Shown: positions 17,878 to 29,700 of the stretch, piece by piece | Layout of the letters: every line of letters starts with the position of its first letter | Numbering within the stretch: the stretch's first letter is position 1 | NCBI GenBank assembly: GCA_020725145.1 | Contig: DYFO01000001.1 | Location: forward strand, 46,855 to 110,854 | Direction: 5' to 3' | Length of the DNA stretch: 64,000 nt | Origin: Symbiobacterium thermophilum | GTDB lineage: Bacteria; Bacillota; Sulfobacillia; UBA995 | Translations under genes and position numbers: made by a program | Notes under the pieces: generated by a model | Told to the model about the DNA's origin: nothing | The model's input: only the letters and a program-made list of their open reading frames with translations | Database searches by the model: none

Positions 17878-19221
17878 GTGGGCCTGACCGGTCTTGATAT
17901 CTACAAGCTGCTTCCCAAGACCAACTGCGGCGAGTGCGGCCCTCCGACCTGCCTGGCCTTCGCCATGGCGCTGGCCGCGGGCAAGGCCTCGCTGGAGTCC
18001 TGCCCGCATGTCTCCGAGGAGGCCAAGGCGGCGCTGGGTGCCGCCGCCGCTCCGCCCATAAGGTTGGTCAAGGTAGGCGGCTCCGGCGGAGCGCGGGAGG
18101 TGGAGCTCGGCGACGAGCAGGTCATCTTCCGCCACGAGAAGACCTTCTATCACCCCACGGCGGTGGCGGTGGCGGTACGCGACGACCTCGGCGACGCCGA
18201 ACTCGGCCGGCGCCTGGAGTACCTGAAAGACCTGGCTTTTGAACGCGTGGGGTTGACCTACCGGCTGGACATGGTGGCGCCCACCTTCGCGTCCGGCGAC
18301 CCCGAACGCTTCGCCGGCGTCGCCAAGGCGGCCGCGGCGACCGGTCTTGCGCTGCTACTTTGCGCCGAGGACCCGCGGGCGGCGAAGGCGGCGCTCGAGG
18401 CCGTGGGCGACCGCCGTCCCCTCGTGTACGCGGCGACCTCCGCCAACCTCTCGGAGATGGCGGAGCTTGCCCGGAGCCACCGGGTACCGCTGGCGGTACG
18501 GGGCGCCGATCTCGACGCGACCGCCGCGTTGGCCGAGAAGCTGGCCGGCATGGAGCTCAAGGACCTGGTGCTGGACAGCGGGGCGCGTGAACCTGCGGCG
18601 GTCCTGGCCGACCTCACCCAGATCCGCCGGCTGGCCATCAAGCGGCGGTTCAGGCCGCTCGGTTACCCCACCATTGCCTTCCCGCAGGCCCAGGAGCCGC
18701 TGGCCCAGATGCTGGAGGCGGCCCTGTACGTGGGCAAGTACGCCAGCGTGGTGGTGGTCTCCGCCGAGGCCCGGGAGTGCCTCTTGCCGCTTTTGACCTG
18801 GCGGCAGAACGTCTTTACCGATCCCCAAAAGCCGATTCAGGTAGAGCCGAAGCTCCACATGGTGGGAACCCCTACTCCGGACTCACCGCTTTTCGTGACC
18901 ACCAACTTCTCCCTCACCTACTATACGGTGGAGGGAGAGGTGGCGGCTTCCAGGGTTCCCTCCTACATCCTCCCCGTGAACACCGAGGGGACCTCGGTGC
19001 TCACGGCCTGGGCGTCAGGCAAGTTCTCGGCCGAAAGCATCGCCGAAGCCCTGGCCACCTCGGGCGTGGCCGAACGGCTGCGCCACCGCGAGGTGATCAT
19101 CCCCGGCTACGTGGCGGTGCTCTCCGGCAAGCTGCAGGAGGCATCGGGCTGGAAGGTGGTCGTGGGGCCGCGCGAGGCCGCCGGCATACCGAGCTTCATA
19201 AAGAGCAAGCTCGCCAGCTAA
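17878..19221 (+). CDS. acsC: Corrinoid iron-sulfur protein large subunit (AcsC)
   Basis: GTG 17878 follows a GAAAGGAGAGGGG RBS. The N-terminal [4Fe-4S] motif is CGECGPPTCLAFAMALAAGKASLESCP. Length is ~447 aa. Confidence 0.9.
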   Translation: MGLTGLDIYKLLPKTNCGECGPPTCLAFAMALAAGKASLESCPHVSEEAKAALGAAAAPPIRLVKVGGSGGAREVELGDEQVIFRHEKTFYHPTAVAVAVRDDLGDAELGRRLEYLKDLAFERVGLTYRLDMVAPTFASGDPERFAGVAKAAAATGLALLLCAEDPRAAKAALEAVGDRRPLVYAATSANLSEMAELARSHRVPLAVRGADLDATAALAEKLAGMELKDLVLDSGAREPAAVLADLTQIRRLAIKRRFRPLGYPTIAFPQAQEPLAQMLEAALYVGKYASVVVVSAEARECLLPLLTWRQNVFTDPQKPIQVEPKLHMVGTPTPDSPLFVTTNFSLTYYTVEGEVAASRVPSYILPVNTEGTSVLTAWASGKFSAESIAEALATSGVAERLRHREVIIPGYVAVLSGKLQEASGWKVVVGPREAAGIPSFIKSKLAS

Positions 19222-19231
19222 AGGAGCGTTA

Positions 19232-21166
19232 ATGGGCAGGCACACCGTCGTCTTCCAACCGGACGGGGTCAGCGTCAAGGTGGCGGAGGGAACCGAGCTC
19301 GGCCGCGCCGCCGCCATGGCCGGCATCCAACTCAAGAGCACCTGCGGAGGCGAGGGCACCTGCGGCCTCTGCGCGGTCAAGGTGCTGTCCGGGCGCTTCG
19401 CCACCCGGGAGGGCCGTATCTTGCCGGAGCGGCGCCGTAAGGGGATGGTGCTTGCCTGCCGTACGTGGGTTCAGGGCGACATGGAGGTGGAGATTCCGTC
19501 CACGTCGCGCCTGGCCGCCCACCAGGTGCTGGTGGAGGAGGGCGCCCGCCGGGAGATCGCCTTTGAGCGGGAGCTCGACCCCGTCGGCCGCTACGGGTTC
19601 CATCCCGTGGGCCACAAGATCCTGGCGGTGCTCGATCCGCCGACCCTCACCGACAACGCCTCGGACCTGTCGCGCCTGCTGACGCGGTTCCGCCGCGAGG
19701 ACGGACGGGCGGCTCCGGCCATCGGCCTGACCGCCCTGCGGCGGTTGCCCCGGGCGCTTCGGGAGGGCAAGTGGCGGGTGACCGTCACCCTGGTCGACGC
19801 GGGCGGGACGGAGGAGATGGTCCGGGTCGAACCCGGCGACAGCCGTCGGCCCCCTTACGGCCTGGCCGTCGACATCGGCACCACTTCCTGCGTCGTCCAC
19901 CTGGTGGACCTGCGCTCGGGATTGGCGGTCGACCGCCGGGGGAGCTTCAACCGGCAGGCCCGTTACGGCGACGACGTGATCACCCGCATCATCCACGCCG
20001 CCGAACGGCCCGAGGGCCTGTCCGAGCTGAATGCCGCGGTGCTGGAGACAATCAACGCGCTGGTGGACGAGCTCCTGGCGGCCAACGCGCTGGAGGCGGA
20101 GGACCTGATCGCCGCCGCGGTGGCCGGCAACACCACCATGACGCACCTCTTCCTGTCCATTCCCCCGGATCACATCCGGCTGGAGCCCTACCTTCCCGCC
20201 GCCGTGAGCTTCCCCGTGGTGCGGGCGGGCGAGCTGGGTCTCAAGCTCAACCCGGATGCGCCGGTCTACGTCTTTCCGGCGGTCGCAAGCTACGTCGGAG
20301 GAGACATCGTCTCCGGGGTGCTCCTGACCGACCTGGCGCATGCCGCGCCGGTGACCCTCTTCATCGACGTGGGCACCAACGGTGAGATCGTGCTGGGGAA
20401 CCGCGACTGGCTGGTGGCCTGCGCCTGTTCCGCCGGTCCCTGCTTCGAGGGGGGCGGGATCACCTGCGGCATGCGGGCTACCCCGGGAGCGATCGAGCGG
20501 GTGCGTGTGGAACCCGGGGGGCGGGAGGTCCGCCTGCAGACGGTAGGAGGCATGCCACCTGCCGGGATCTGCGGTTCGGGCATGATCGATGCCCTGGCGG
20601 CGCTGCACGAGGCGGGCGTGATCGACAGAAGCGGCAACTTCCGCGACCTGGACACTCCCCGGCTGCGGGAGGGAGAGGAAGGTCCCGAGTTCGTGCTCGC
20701 CGCGGCCCACGAGACCGGTGGCGAACGCGATATCGTGCTCACCGCGGCCGACCTCAAGAACCTGATCCGGGCCAAAGGAGCCATCTACGCCGGCATCCGC
20801 TCGCTGCTGGCGGCGGTGGAGCTCGGGGTTCAGGCCATCGAACGTGTGTACATCGCGGGAGGCTTTGGCAACTACCTTGATGTCCGCGACGCCATCCGGG
20901 TCGGCATGCTGCCCGACCTGGAGCTGGAGCGGTACCGGTTCGTGGGTAACAGCTCGGTCAAGGGAGCCCGCCTGGCGCTTGTGTCGCGGCCGGCGTGGGC
21001 CGAGGCGGAACGCATCGCCCGTCGCCTGACCTACCTCGAGCTCTCGGCAAGCTCCAGTTACATGGAGGAGTTCGTCTCGGCGCTTTTCCTGCCGCATACC
21101 GACCTTGACCAGTTCCCTTCGGTCCGGGACGCGGAGTTGGGGGTGAGACCGTGCCCCGGAAGGTAG
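19232..21166 (+). CDS. Reductive activator of the corrinoid Fe-S protein (RACo/orf7): [2Fe-2S] ferredoxin plus ASKHA ATPase
   Basis: The N-terminal plant-type ferredoxin motif is CGGEGTCGLCAVKV. The ~640-aa protein lies between acsC and acsF, as in Moorella. Confidence 0.85.
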   Translation: MGRHTVVFQPDGVSVKVAEGTELGRAAAMAGIQLKSTCGGEGTCGLCAVKVLSGRFATREGRILPERRRKGMVLACRTWVQGDMEVEIPSTSRLAAHQVLVEEGARREIAFERELDPVGRYGFHPVGHKILAVLDPPTLTDNASDLSRLLTRFRREDGRAAPAIGLTALRRLPRALREGKWRVTVTLVDAGGTEEMVRVEPGDSRRPPYGLAVDIGTTSCVVHLVDLRSGLAVDRRGSFNRQARYGDDVITRIIHAAERPEGLSELNAAVLETINALVDELLAANALEAEDLIAAAVAGNTTMTHLFLSIPPDHIRLEPYLPAAVSFPVVRAGELGLKLNPDAPVYVFPAVASYVGGDIVSGVLLTDLAHAAPVTLFIDVGTNGEIVLGNRDWLVACACSAGPCFEGGGITCGMRATPGAIERVRVEPGGREVRLQTVGGMPPAGICGSGMIDALAALHEAGVIDRSGNFRDLDTPRLREGEEGPEFVLAAAHETGGERDIVLTAADLKNLIRAKGAIYAGIRSLLAAVELGVQAIERVYIAGGFGNYLDVRDAIRVGMLPDLELERYRFVGNSSVKGARLALVSRPAWAEAERIARRLTYLELSASSSYMEEFVSALFLPHTDLDQFPSVRDAELGVRPCPGR

Positions 21167-21903
21167 CGGTGGCGGGTAAGGGGGGTACGGGGAAGACCAC
21201 GCTCGCCTCCCTGCTTATCCGGGTGCTGCTGGAGCAGGATCGGGGCACCGTGCTGGCCGTCGATGCCGATCCCAACTCCAACCTGCACGAGGCCCTGGGC
21301 CTCAAGGCGGAGCACACCATCGCCGACATCCTCGAGGAGGCGAAGGCGCCGGGACCGTCGCCCGCCGGCATGTCCAAGCACATGCTGGTCGAGTACCGCC
21401 TGCGCTCCATCCTGGTGGAGTCGCCGCGTCTGGATCTCCTGGTCATGGGAACCCCTGAAGGTCCGGGATGTTACTGCTATCCCAACGACCTTCTCAGGTC
21501 CCACATGGCCGGCCTGGCCCGGGCCTACGACTACCTCGTGGTCGACAACGAGGCGGGGCTCGAGCACCTGTCGCGCCGGGTGGCGCAGGACATGGACCTT
21601 ACCCTGGTCACCAGCGATGCCACCGTCCGCGGCATCCGCACCGCCGGGCGGGTACGGCAGCTGGTCGGCAACCTGGAACTTGACCCTGGTCGCCTGTGGC
21701 TGGTGGTGAACCGGTTGGAGGGAGACCTCGGCCCCCTGGAGGCCGAGATCGCCGCTACGGGGCTTGAACTGGCGGGGACCATACCCCAGGACCCTCTGGT
21801 GTCGCGGTACGATCTGGAGGGCAGGCCCCTTCGAGACCTCCCGGCCTCGTCGGCCGCCCTGCAGGCGGTGCGGGAGATAGCCGCGAGGGTTGGCTTAACC
21901 TGA
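21151..21903 (+). CDS. acsF: Second CooC-type P-loop ATPase (AcsF)
   Basis: [13 protein letters not shown] is the Walker A. GTG start overlaps the RACo 3' end. Confidence 0.85.
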   Translation: MPRKVAVAGKGGTGKTTLASLLIRVLLEQDRGTVLAVDADPNSNLHEALGLKAEHTIADILEEAKAPGPSPAGMSKHMLVEYRLRSILVESPRLDLLVMGTPEGPGCYCYPNDLLRSHMAGLARAYDYLVVDNEAGLEHLSRRVAQDMDLTLVTSDATVRGIRTAGRVRQLVGNLELDPGRLWLVVNRLEGDLGPLEAEIAATGLELAGTIPQDPLVSRYDLEGRPLRDLPASSAALQAVREIAARVGLT

Positions 21904-21922
21904 GGGAAAGGAGACGGGGTTG

Positions 21923-23699
<1,777 letters not shown>

Positions 23700-23713
23700 A
23701 GGAGGCCTCAGTT

Positions 23714-24718
23714 TTGGCTGCACGAGGAGTGCTGGTGCTGGGCGGGGGGGTGGCCGGCATGGCCGCCGCCCTCTCGCTGGCCGCCATGGATTTCGAGGTA
23801 ACGCTGGTGGAGAAAGCGGCGGTGCCGGGCGGGCGCGCGGTCGGTTACGCGTGCAAGGCCACCGATCGCTGCCTGCACTGCGGGGTCTGCCTGGCCTCGG
23901 ATCTCGCCGAGGAGCTGGCGGCCTCACCGGTCGTCCTGCGCACCGGGACCCGGCTGGAGGGGCTCGAGGGCCGGCCGGGGGACTTTCGGGCAACCGTGAC
24001 CGGTGCCGAGCTTGCGGTGGGGGCGCTGGTGGTGGCGACGGGACTTGCGCCGGCGCCTGCCGCCGGGTGGCCGGATCTCGGCTACGGTCGCCTGGACGCG
24101 GTGATCACCGCGTCGGAGCTTGAGGAGCGGTGCCGGCGGCAAGGCCCGCCTGCCGCCCGCCGGGTGGCCTTCGTACAATGCGTGGGTTCGCGTAACCCCG
24201 CATGGGGCAAGGGTTACTGCTCCGAGGTGTGCTGCCCTTACGCCCTGCGGCTGGGGCTGGGCCTGGTTGCCGAGGCCGCGGCGGAGGTCACCGTGTTCTT
24301 CAACGACTTGCAGACCGCGGGAAAGAGCATGGCGACCGCACGCGAGCAGGCCCGCAAGGGGCTACGCCTGGTACAGGGGGTACCGTCGCGGGCGGCCGGT
24401 GTGGCCGCGGGAGTCGAGCTTCAGTTCGAGGATGTGCGCGCGGGCGGCGTCCGGCGCGAGGGGTTCGACCTCGTGGTGCTCTCCACCGGCATCTGGCCCG
24501 GCCCCGACACGGCCGCGCTCGCCCGGCTGCTGGGGATCAACACCGGCCCGACCGGTTTCTTCGCCGGCCATCCCGGGCAAAGCTGGCGATCCTCACGCCC
24601 GGGGATCTACCTTGCGGGCAGCTGCCAGAAGCCGCGCGGCATCGCCGACAGCATCGCCCACGGACGGGCGGCGGCGGCCCAGGTCGCGGCGGACCTCGAG
24701 GAGGTGAGGTCGGCTTGA
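23714..24718 (+). CDS. Short HdrA-like FAD flavoprotein (FAD domain with the HdrA Cys cluster only)
   Basis: TTG 23714 lies 8 nt after GAAGGAGG. The translation has a GGGVAG FAD motif and the HdrA-type CVGSRNPAWGKGYCSEVCC cluster. At 334 aa it lacks the inserted ferredoxin and C-terminal domains of canonical HdrA. Confidence 0.7.
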   Translation: MAARGVLVLGGGVAGMAAALSLAAMDFEVTLVEKAAVPGGRAVGYACKATDRCLHCGVCLASDLAEELAASPVVLRTGTRLEGLEGRPGDFRATVTGAELAVGALVVATGLAPAPAAGWPDLGYGRLDAVITASELEERCRRQGPPAARRVAFVQCVGSRNPAWGKGYCSEVCCPYALRLGLGLVAEAAAEVTVFFNDLQTAGKSMATAREQARKGLRLVQGVPSRAAGVAAGVELQFEDVRAGGVRREGFDLVVLSTGIWPGPDTAALARLLGINTGPTGFFAGHPGQSWRSSRPGIYLAGSCQKPRGIADSIAHGRAAAAQVAADLEEVRSA

Positions 24719-25905
24719 AGGTCGAGGTTGCCGTCGTCGGTGCCGGACCGAGCGGCCTTTCGTGCGCGGCGGCGCTCGTGCGGCTCGGCCGCAAGGTGGC
24801 GGTGCTCGAGGCCGCGGAGGCGACGGGCGGAACCCTGCGGGCGGCGCCCGGCTACCTCGCCCCGGCGGCCGAAGGCCGGACGCGGCTTCAGACCCTGCAG
24901 GCGGCCGCCGGCCCGGCGGCCTTGCTGACCGGCCATCCCGCGGGCTCCCTTTCCGGTGGGCCGGGCGCCTTCCGGCTCGAGGCGGGAAACCGGCGCCTCA
25001 CGGCCGGTGCCGTGGTGCTGGCCTCGGGCGTCCGGCGCCGGCTATCGCCGGCCGACCACGGGCTGGAGCCTGCCTACAACCTCCTGGGCCTTTCGGACAT
25101 GGCACGGCTGCTGGCCGATCCCCAGGCGTCGCTCGGCCGCCTGCGCGGCAGGCGCGTGGCCTTCTTCCTCGACGTATCGGCCCCCGACAGCCTGCGTCAA
25201 CAGGCGGCGGCCATGCATCTCGGCATCGCCGTCCGCCGGCAACTGGCGGCCGAGGTGCTGTGGTTCGGGCGCGACCTGAAGGTGGCCGGCGATGGTCTGG
25301 AGGCGCGGTACCGCGAGGCGCGCGACCTGGGGGTGACCTTCTTCCGGGACGCCGGCCGCCCTCCGATGCTGACGGCAACCGCCGGCGGCTACCGGGTGTG
25401 GGCCTGGCCGGAGGAAGGCGGCGAACCCGTGGAGGTGGCCATCGACCTGGCGGTGCTCGACGAACGCGAGGAGCCCTGCCTGCCCCAGTGGGACCTGGGA
25501 CCGCGCCGCGAGAACTCGCGGCTCGGGCACCGGTCGCCGCGGCCGGGCATCTTTGTGACCGGCAGCCTGCGCGCCGACCTCGATCTCGAGGGCTGCCTGG
25601 TGGACGGAGTGGCCGCCGCCGCGGTCGCCGATGCCTTCTTGCGGGGACTTGACGGCCTGGTGCGGGCGGAGGTGGACGCTCCGCGCTGCGCCCGCTGTCT
25701 TACATGCGTGCGCCTCTGTCCCCACCGCGCGATGGCCATCGCATGGTACCGCGAGGCGGACCGGGCGGCGGCCAAGGTGGACAAGGCCGCCTGCCGCGGC
25801 TGCGGGGTGTGCGTGGCCGCCTGTCCGGCCCTGGCCATCACCCTTACGACCTGCCCGGATGAGGACATCTACCGGCAGCTCGAGTCGGGGGGTCGAACCA
25901 CATGA
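24715..25905 (+). CDS. FAD-dependent pyridine-nucleotide-disulfide-oxidoreductase-like protein with a C-terminal 2x[4Fe-4S] ferredoxin domain (HdrA-related)
   Basis: TTGA overlap with the previous gene. The translation has VAVVGAGPSG and a C-terminus CARCLTCVRLCP...CRGCGVCVAACP. It lacks the CxGxRD...CC HdrA cluster. Confidence 0.65.
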   Translation: MKVEVAVVGAGPSGLSCAAALVRLGRKVAVLEAAEATGGTLRAAPGYLAPAAEGRTRLQTLQAAAGPAALLTGHPAGSLSGGPGAFRLEAGNRRLTAGAVVLASGVRRRLSPADHGLEPAYNLLGLSDMARLLADPQASLGRLRGRRVAFFLDVSAPDSLRQQAAAMHLGIAVRRQLAAEVLWFGRDLKVAGDGLEARYREARDLGVTFFRDAGRPPMLTATAGGYRVWAWPEEGGEPVEVAIDLAVLDEREEPCLPQWDLGPRRENSRLGHRSPRPGIFVTGSLRADLDLEGCLVDGVAAAAVADAFLRGLDGLVRAEVDAPRCARCLTCVRLCPHRAMAIAWYREADRAAAKVDKAACRGCGVCVAACPALAITLTTCPDEDIYRQLESGGRTT

Positions 25906-26297
25906 AGCTTTTGGCCTTCGTCTGCGAGCGCTCCGCCCTCCGGGCCGCGCGTGAGGCGCGCGAGCTGGGCGCCTGGCCCGAGGAGCTGGAACTGGTTGCC
26001 GTCCCCTGTTCCGGACGGATAGACGTGCTGCATATCACCGGGGCGCTGACCCGCGGGTACGCGGGCGTGCTGGTGGTGGGCTGCCATGAGGAGGCATGCG
26101 AGTTCGTGCAGGGGAACCTGGTCGCCCGGCGCCGCGTCGAGTACCTGCGGCGCCTGCTGGAGCAGGCCGGGGTGGACCCCGGCAGGGTGAGGATGGAGCT
26201 TGCGTCGCCGGCGGGTGCGCCGCGCCTGGCACGGGCCGCCCGCGAGCTGGTGGCGGAGATCTCCTGCCGGACCGGCGGGAAGGGGGAAGAGGCATGA
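25902..26297 (+). CDS. mvhD: MvhD-like hydrogenase iron-sulfur subunit
   Basis: ATGA overlap with the previous gene. The 131-aa protein has Cys residues spaced as in MvhD (CERSA...CSGRID...GCHEEACEF). Confidence 0.75.
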   Translation: MKLLAFVCERSALRAAREARELGAWPEELELVAVPCSGRIDVLHITGALTRGYAGVLVVGCHEEACEFVQGNLVARRRVEYLRRLLEQAGVDPGRVRMELASPAGAPRLARAARELVAEISCRTGGKGEEA

Positions 26298-26779
26298 GTG
26301 CGACTTCCGACAAGACCCCGCGAGTGGTCAACCCGCGTTTCAAGTACGAGGTGGCCGACCGTCCGGGAGGACAGAACCTCAAGGTGTGCTTTGGCTGCGG
26401 TGTCTGTACCGCCGGGTGCCCGGTGGCCGAGATCGATACCGCCTACAGCCCCCGCCGGATCATCCGGCTCGTGCTGCTGGGAATGGAAGAGGAAGTACTC
26501 AGCTCGGAGCTGATCTGGCTGTGCACCACCTGTTTCACCTGTTACGCCAGGTGCCCGCAGGACGTCAAGTTCACCGACGTGATGGGGGTGCTGCGCGAGC
26601 TGGCGGTGGAACGCGGTTACGTGGACCCCTCCTTCCCCGCCCGTCTGCGCCACATGGATGAGCTGGTGCAGACCTTGCGTCGCGACGCCGTGCGCCGGAT
26701 GGCCGCCGACCGGCGCCGGGCGGTGCCGGTCGCCGTTGACGAGCTCAAGGAGCTTGTGCGGGAGGTCGCCGATGCCTGA
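26294..26779 (+). CDS. hdrC: HdrC-like 2x[4Fe-4S] protein
   Basis: ATGA overlap with the previous gene. Two motifs are present: CFGCGVCTAGCP and CTTCFTCYARCP. Confidence 0.7.
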   Translation: MSATSDKTPRVVNPRFKYEVADRPGGQNLKVCFGCGVCTAGCPVAEIDTAYSPRRIIRLVLLGMEEEVLSSELIWLCTTCFTCYARCPQDVKFTDVMGVLRELAVERGYVDPSFPARLRHMDELVQTLRRDAVRRMAADRRRAVPVAVDELKELVREVADA

Positions 26780-29700
26780 AGCAGTGCGTGGGGCCAAGAC
26801 AGACGTGACCGGGTCGGTAACCGGCGCGGCGCTGGTGGTGGGGGGCGGTATCGCCGGCATGCAGGCCGCCCTGGACCTCGCCGAGGCGGGCTTTTACGTC
26901 TACCTCGTGGAGCGTTCGCCGTCCATCGGGGGTACCATGGCCCGTCTGGACAAGACCTTCCCCACCAACGACTGCGCCATGTGCATCCTTTCGCCGAAAC
27001 TGGTGGAGTGCGGGCGGCACCTCAACATCGAAACTTTGACCTGTGCCGAGGTGCTGGACCTTGAAGGGCAGCCCGGCAACTTCCGCGTCCGCGTCCGCCG
27101 CCACCCGCGCTACGTCGATCTCTCGAAGTGCACCGGCTGCGGAGACTGCGAGAAGGAATGCCCCGTCCGCAGGCCCAATGCGTACGAGGGTGGGCTCAGC
27201 CTCCGCAAGGCCATCTTCCGCCCGTTCCCGCAGGCCTACCCCAACGCCTTCGCCATCGAGAAGGCGGCCAGGCCCATGTGCCAGGTGGCCTGTCCCGCCG
27301 GGGTGCACGCGCAGGGTTACGTGGCGCTGATCGCCGAGGGCAAGTTCCGGGAGGCGGTGGCCCTGGTCCGGCGGGACAACCCGCTGCCGGCCGTCTGCGG
27401 CCGCGTCTGCCATCACCCCTGTGAGGCTTCCTGCCGCCGCGGCCTTGTCGACGAGCCGGTGGCCATCGCGGCCCTCAAGCGCTTCGTCGCCGATTACGAG
27501 CACGAGCTCGACGGGGAGATCGAACTTGCGCCGCGCGCCGAGCCCCGCCCGGAGAAAGTCGCGGTCGTGGGCTCGGGTCCCGCCGGACTGACCTGTGCGC
27601 ACTACCTTGCGATGGACGGCTTCGCGGTGACGGTGTTCGAGGCGTTGCCGGTCGCCGGCGGCATGCTGGCGGTGGGCATCCCGTCCTACCGCCTGCCGCG
27701 TCCGGTGCTGGAGACGGAAGTTCGCCAGATCGAGCGCATGGGGGTCAAGATCCGCACCGGCACCGCGCTGGGCCGCGATTTCAGCCTGGACGACCTGTGG
27801 CGGCAGGGCTACCGGGCGGTCTTCCTCGCGGTGGGTGCCCACCAGGACCAGAAGCTCGGGATACCCGGCGAGGAGTCTCGGCAAGTGGTGTCCGGCGTCC
27901 AGTTCCTGCGCCGCATCAACCTCGGCGAGGCGGTAGACGTGGGCCGGCGCGTGCTGGTGATCGGCGGCGGCAACGTGGCCGTCGACGCCGCCCGCAGCTG
28001 CCTGCGCATGGGCGCCGAAGAGGTCACCGTCGTCTACCGCCGTTCCCGCGCCGAGATGCCCGCCGCCCCGCATGAGGTGGCGGCGGCGGAGGAGGAAGGC
28101 GTGCGTTTTATCTTCCTGACCGCACCGGCCGCGGTGCTGGGGGACGGCGAAGTCCGCGGGTTGCGGTGCCTGCGGATGCAGCTCGGTGAGGCCGACGCCT
28201 CCGGGCGCCGCCGCCCGGTGCCGGTCCCCGGCTCCGACTTCACGCTGCATGCCGACCAGATCATCGTGGCCATCGGCCAGACGCCCGACACCGCTTTCGC
28301 CGGCGAGCACCGGACGGCGCTGGTCGGCCGCTGGGGCACGCTGACGGCCGACCCCCAGACGCTGGCCACCGGACTCCCCGGGGTGTTTGCCGGTGGCGAT
28401 GCGGTCAGCGGGCCGGCCACGGTGGTGGAGGCCATCGCCGCCGGGCGTCGGGCCGCCGCCGCCATCCGGCGCTACCTTGACGGCCGGGACCTGAAGGACG
28501 GTCTTGCCGCCCGCCCCGAACCCGTGGTGGGCGAGGTGCCCTGGCAGACCCCCCGGGCTCCCCGGGCGGTGATGCCCACCCTCGCCTCGTCGGAACGCCT
28601 CCGCGGCTTCCAGGAGGTGGAGCTGGGTCTTGACGAGGCGGCCGCGGTGGCCGAGGCCCGGCGTTGTCTGGACTGCGGCATCTGCGCCGAGTGCATGGAG
28701 TGCGAGCGTGTCTGCCGCGCCCGCGCGGTGGTCCACGACCAGCCCGAGGAGATCCGCGAGCTTGCAGTGGGGGCGGTGGTGCTGTGTCCCGGCTTTGACA
28801 CCACCGCGCCCGAGCGGCTCTTCCACCTCGGTTACCGCCGTTTCCCCAACGTGGTGACCAGCGTGGAGTTCGAGCGCATCCTCTCGGCCTCCGGTCCCTT
28901 CGAGGGCCACGTGGTTCGCCCCTCCGACCGCCAAAAGCCCCATCGCATCGCCTTCGTGCAGTGCGTGGGCTCGCGCGACCTGCGCTATGGCGAGGGCTAT
29001 TGCTCCTCGGTGTGTTGCATGTACGCGTTGAAGGAAGCGGTGATCGCCCGCGAGCACGTGGCCGGCGACCTCGACGTCACCGTGTTCTACATGGACATGC
29101 GGGCCTACGGCAAGGATTTCGAGCACTACCTGAACCGCGCGCAGGCCGAATACGGGGTGCGGCTGGTCCGGGCCAAGGTGGAAGCGGTGGAAGCCGGCAA
29201 GACGCCCGGAGGTCTTTCGGTCTGCTACGCCGCCGACGACGGGCGGCCGGCGCGCGAGGAGTTCGACATGGTAGTACTGTCGGTGGGCATGCGCCCCTCC
29301 TCCGAGGTGGTGGAGCTCGCCCGCCGTTTGGGTATCAGCCTCGACGAGTATGGCTTCCCCCGCCCGGTGCCCGGACACCCCACGCATACCTCGCTGCCCG
29401 GCGTGCTGGTGGCCGGACCTTTCGCCGCGCCCAAGGACATTCCGGAAACGGTTGTCGAGGCCAGCGCGGCGGCGGCCGAAGCGGGGAAGGTGCTGGCGTT
29501 GCGACGCGGCGAGCTGGTGCGGCGCCGCGAGTACCCGCCCGAGCGCCCGGTGGCCAACCGGGCTCCGCGCGTGGGCGTCTTCGTCTGCCACTGCGGCATC
29601 AACATCGGCGGGGTGGTCAGGGTGCCCGAAGTCGTGGAGCACGCCCGGCGGCTGCCGGGCGTGGTCTGGGCCGAGGAGAACCTTTACACCTGCTCGCAGG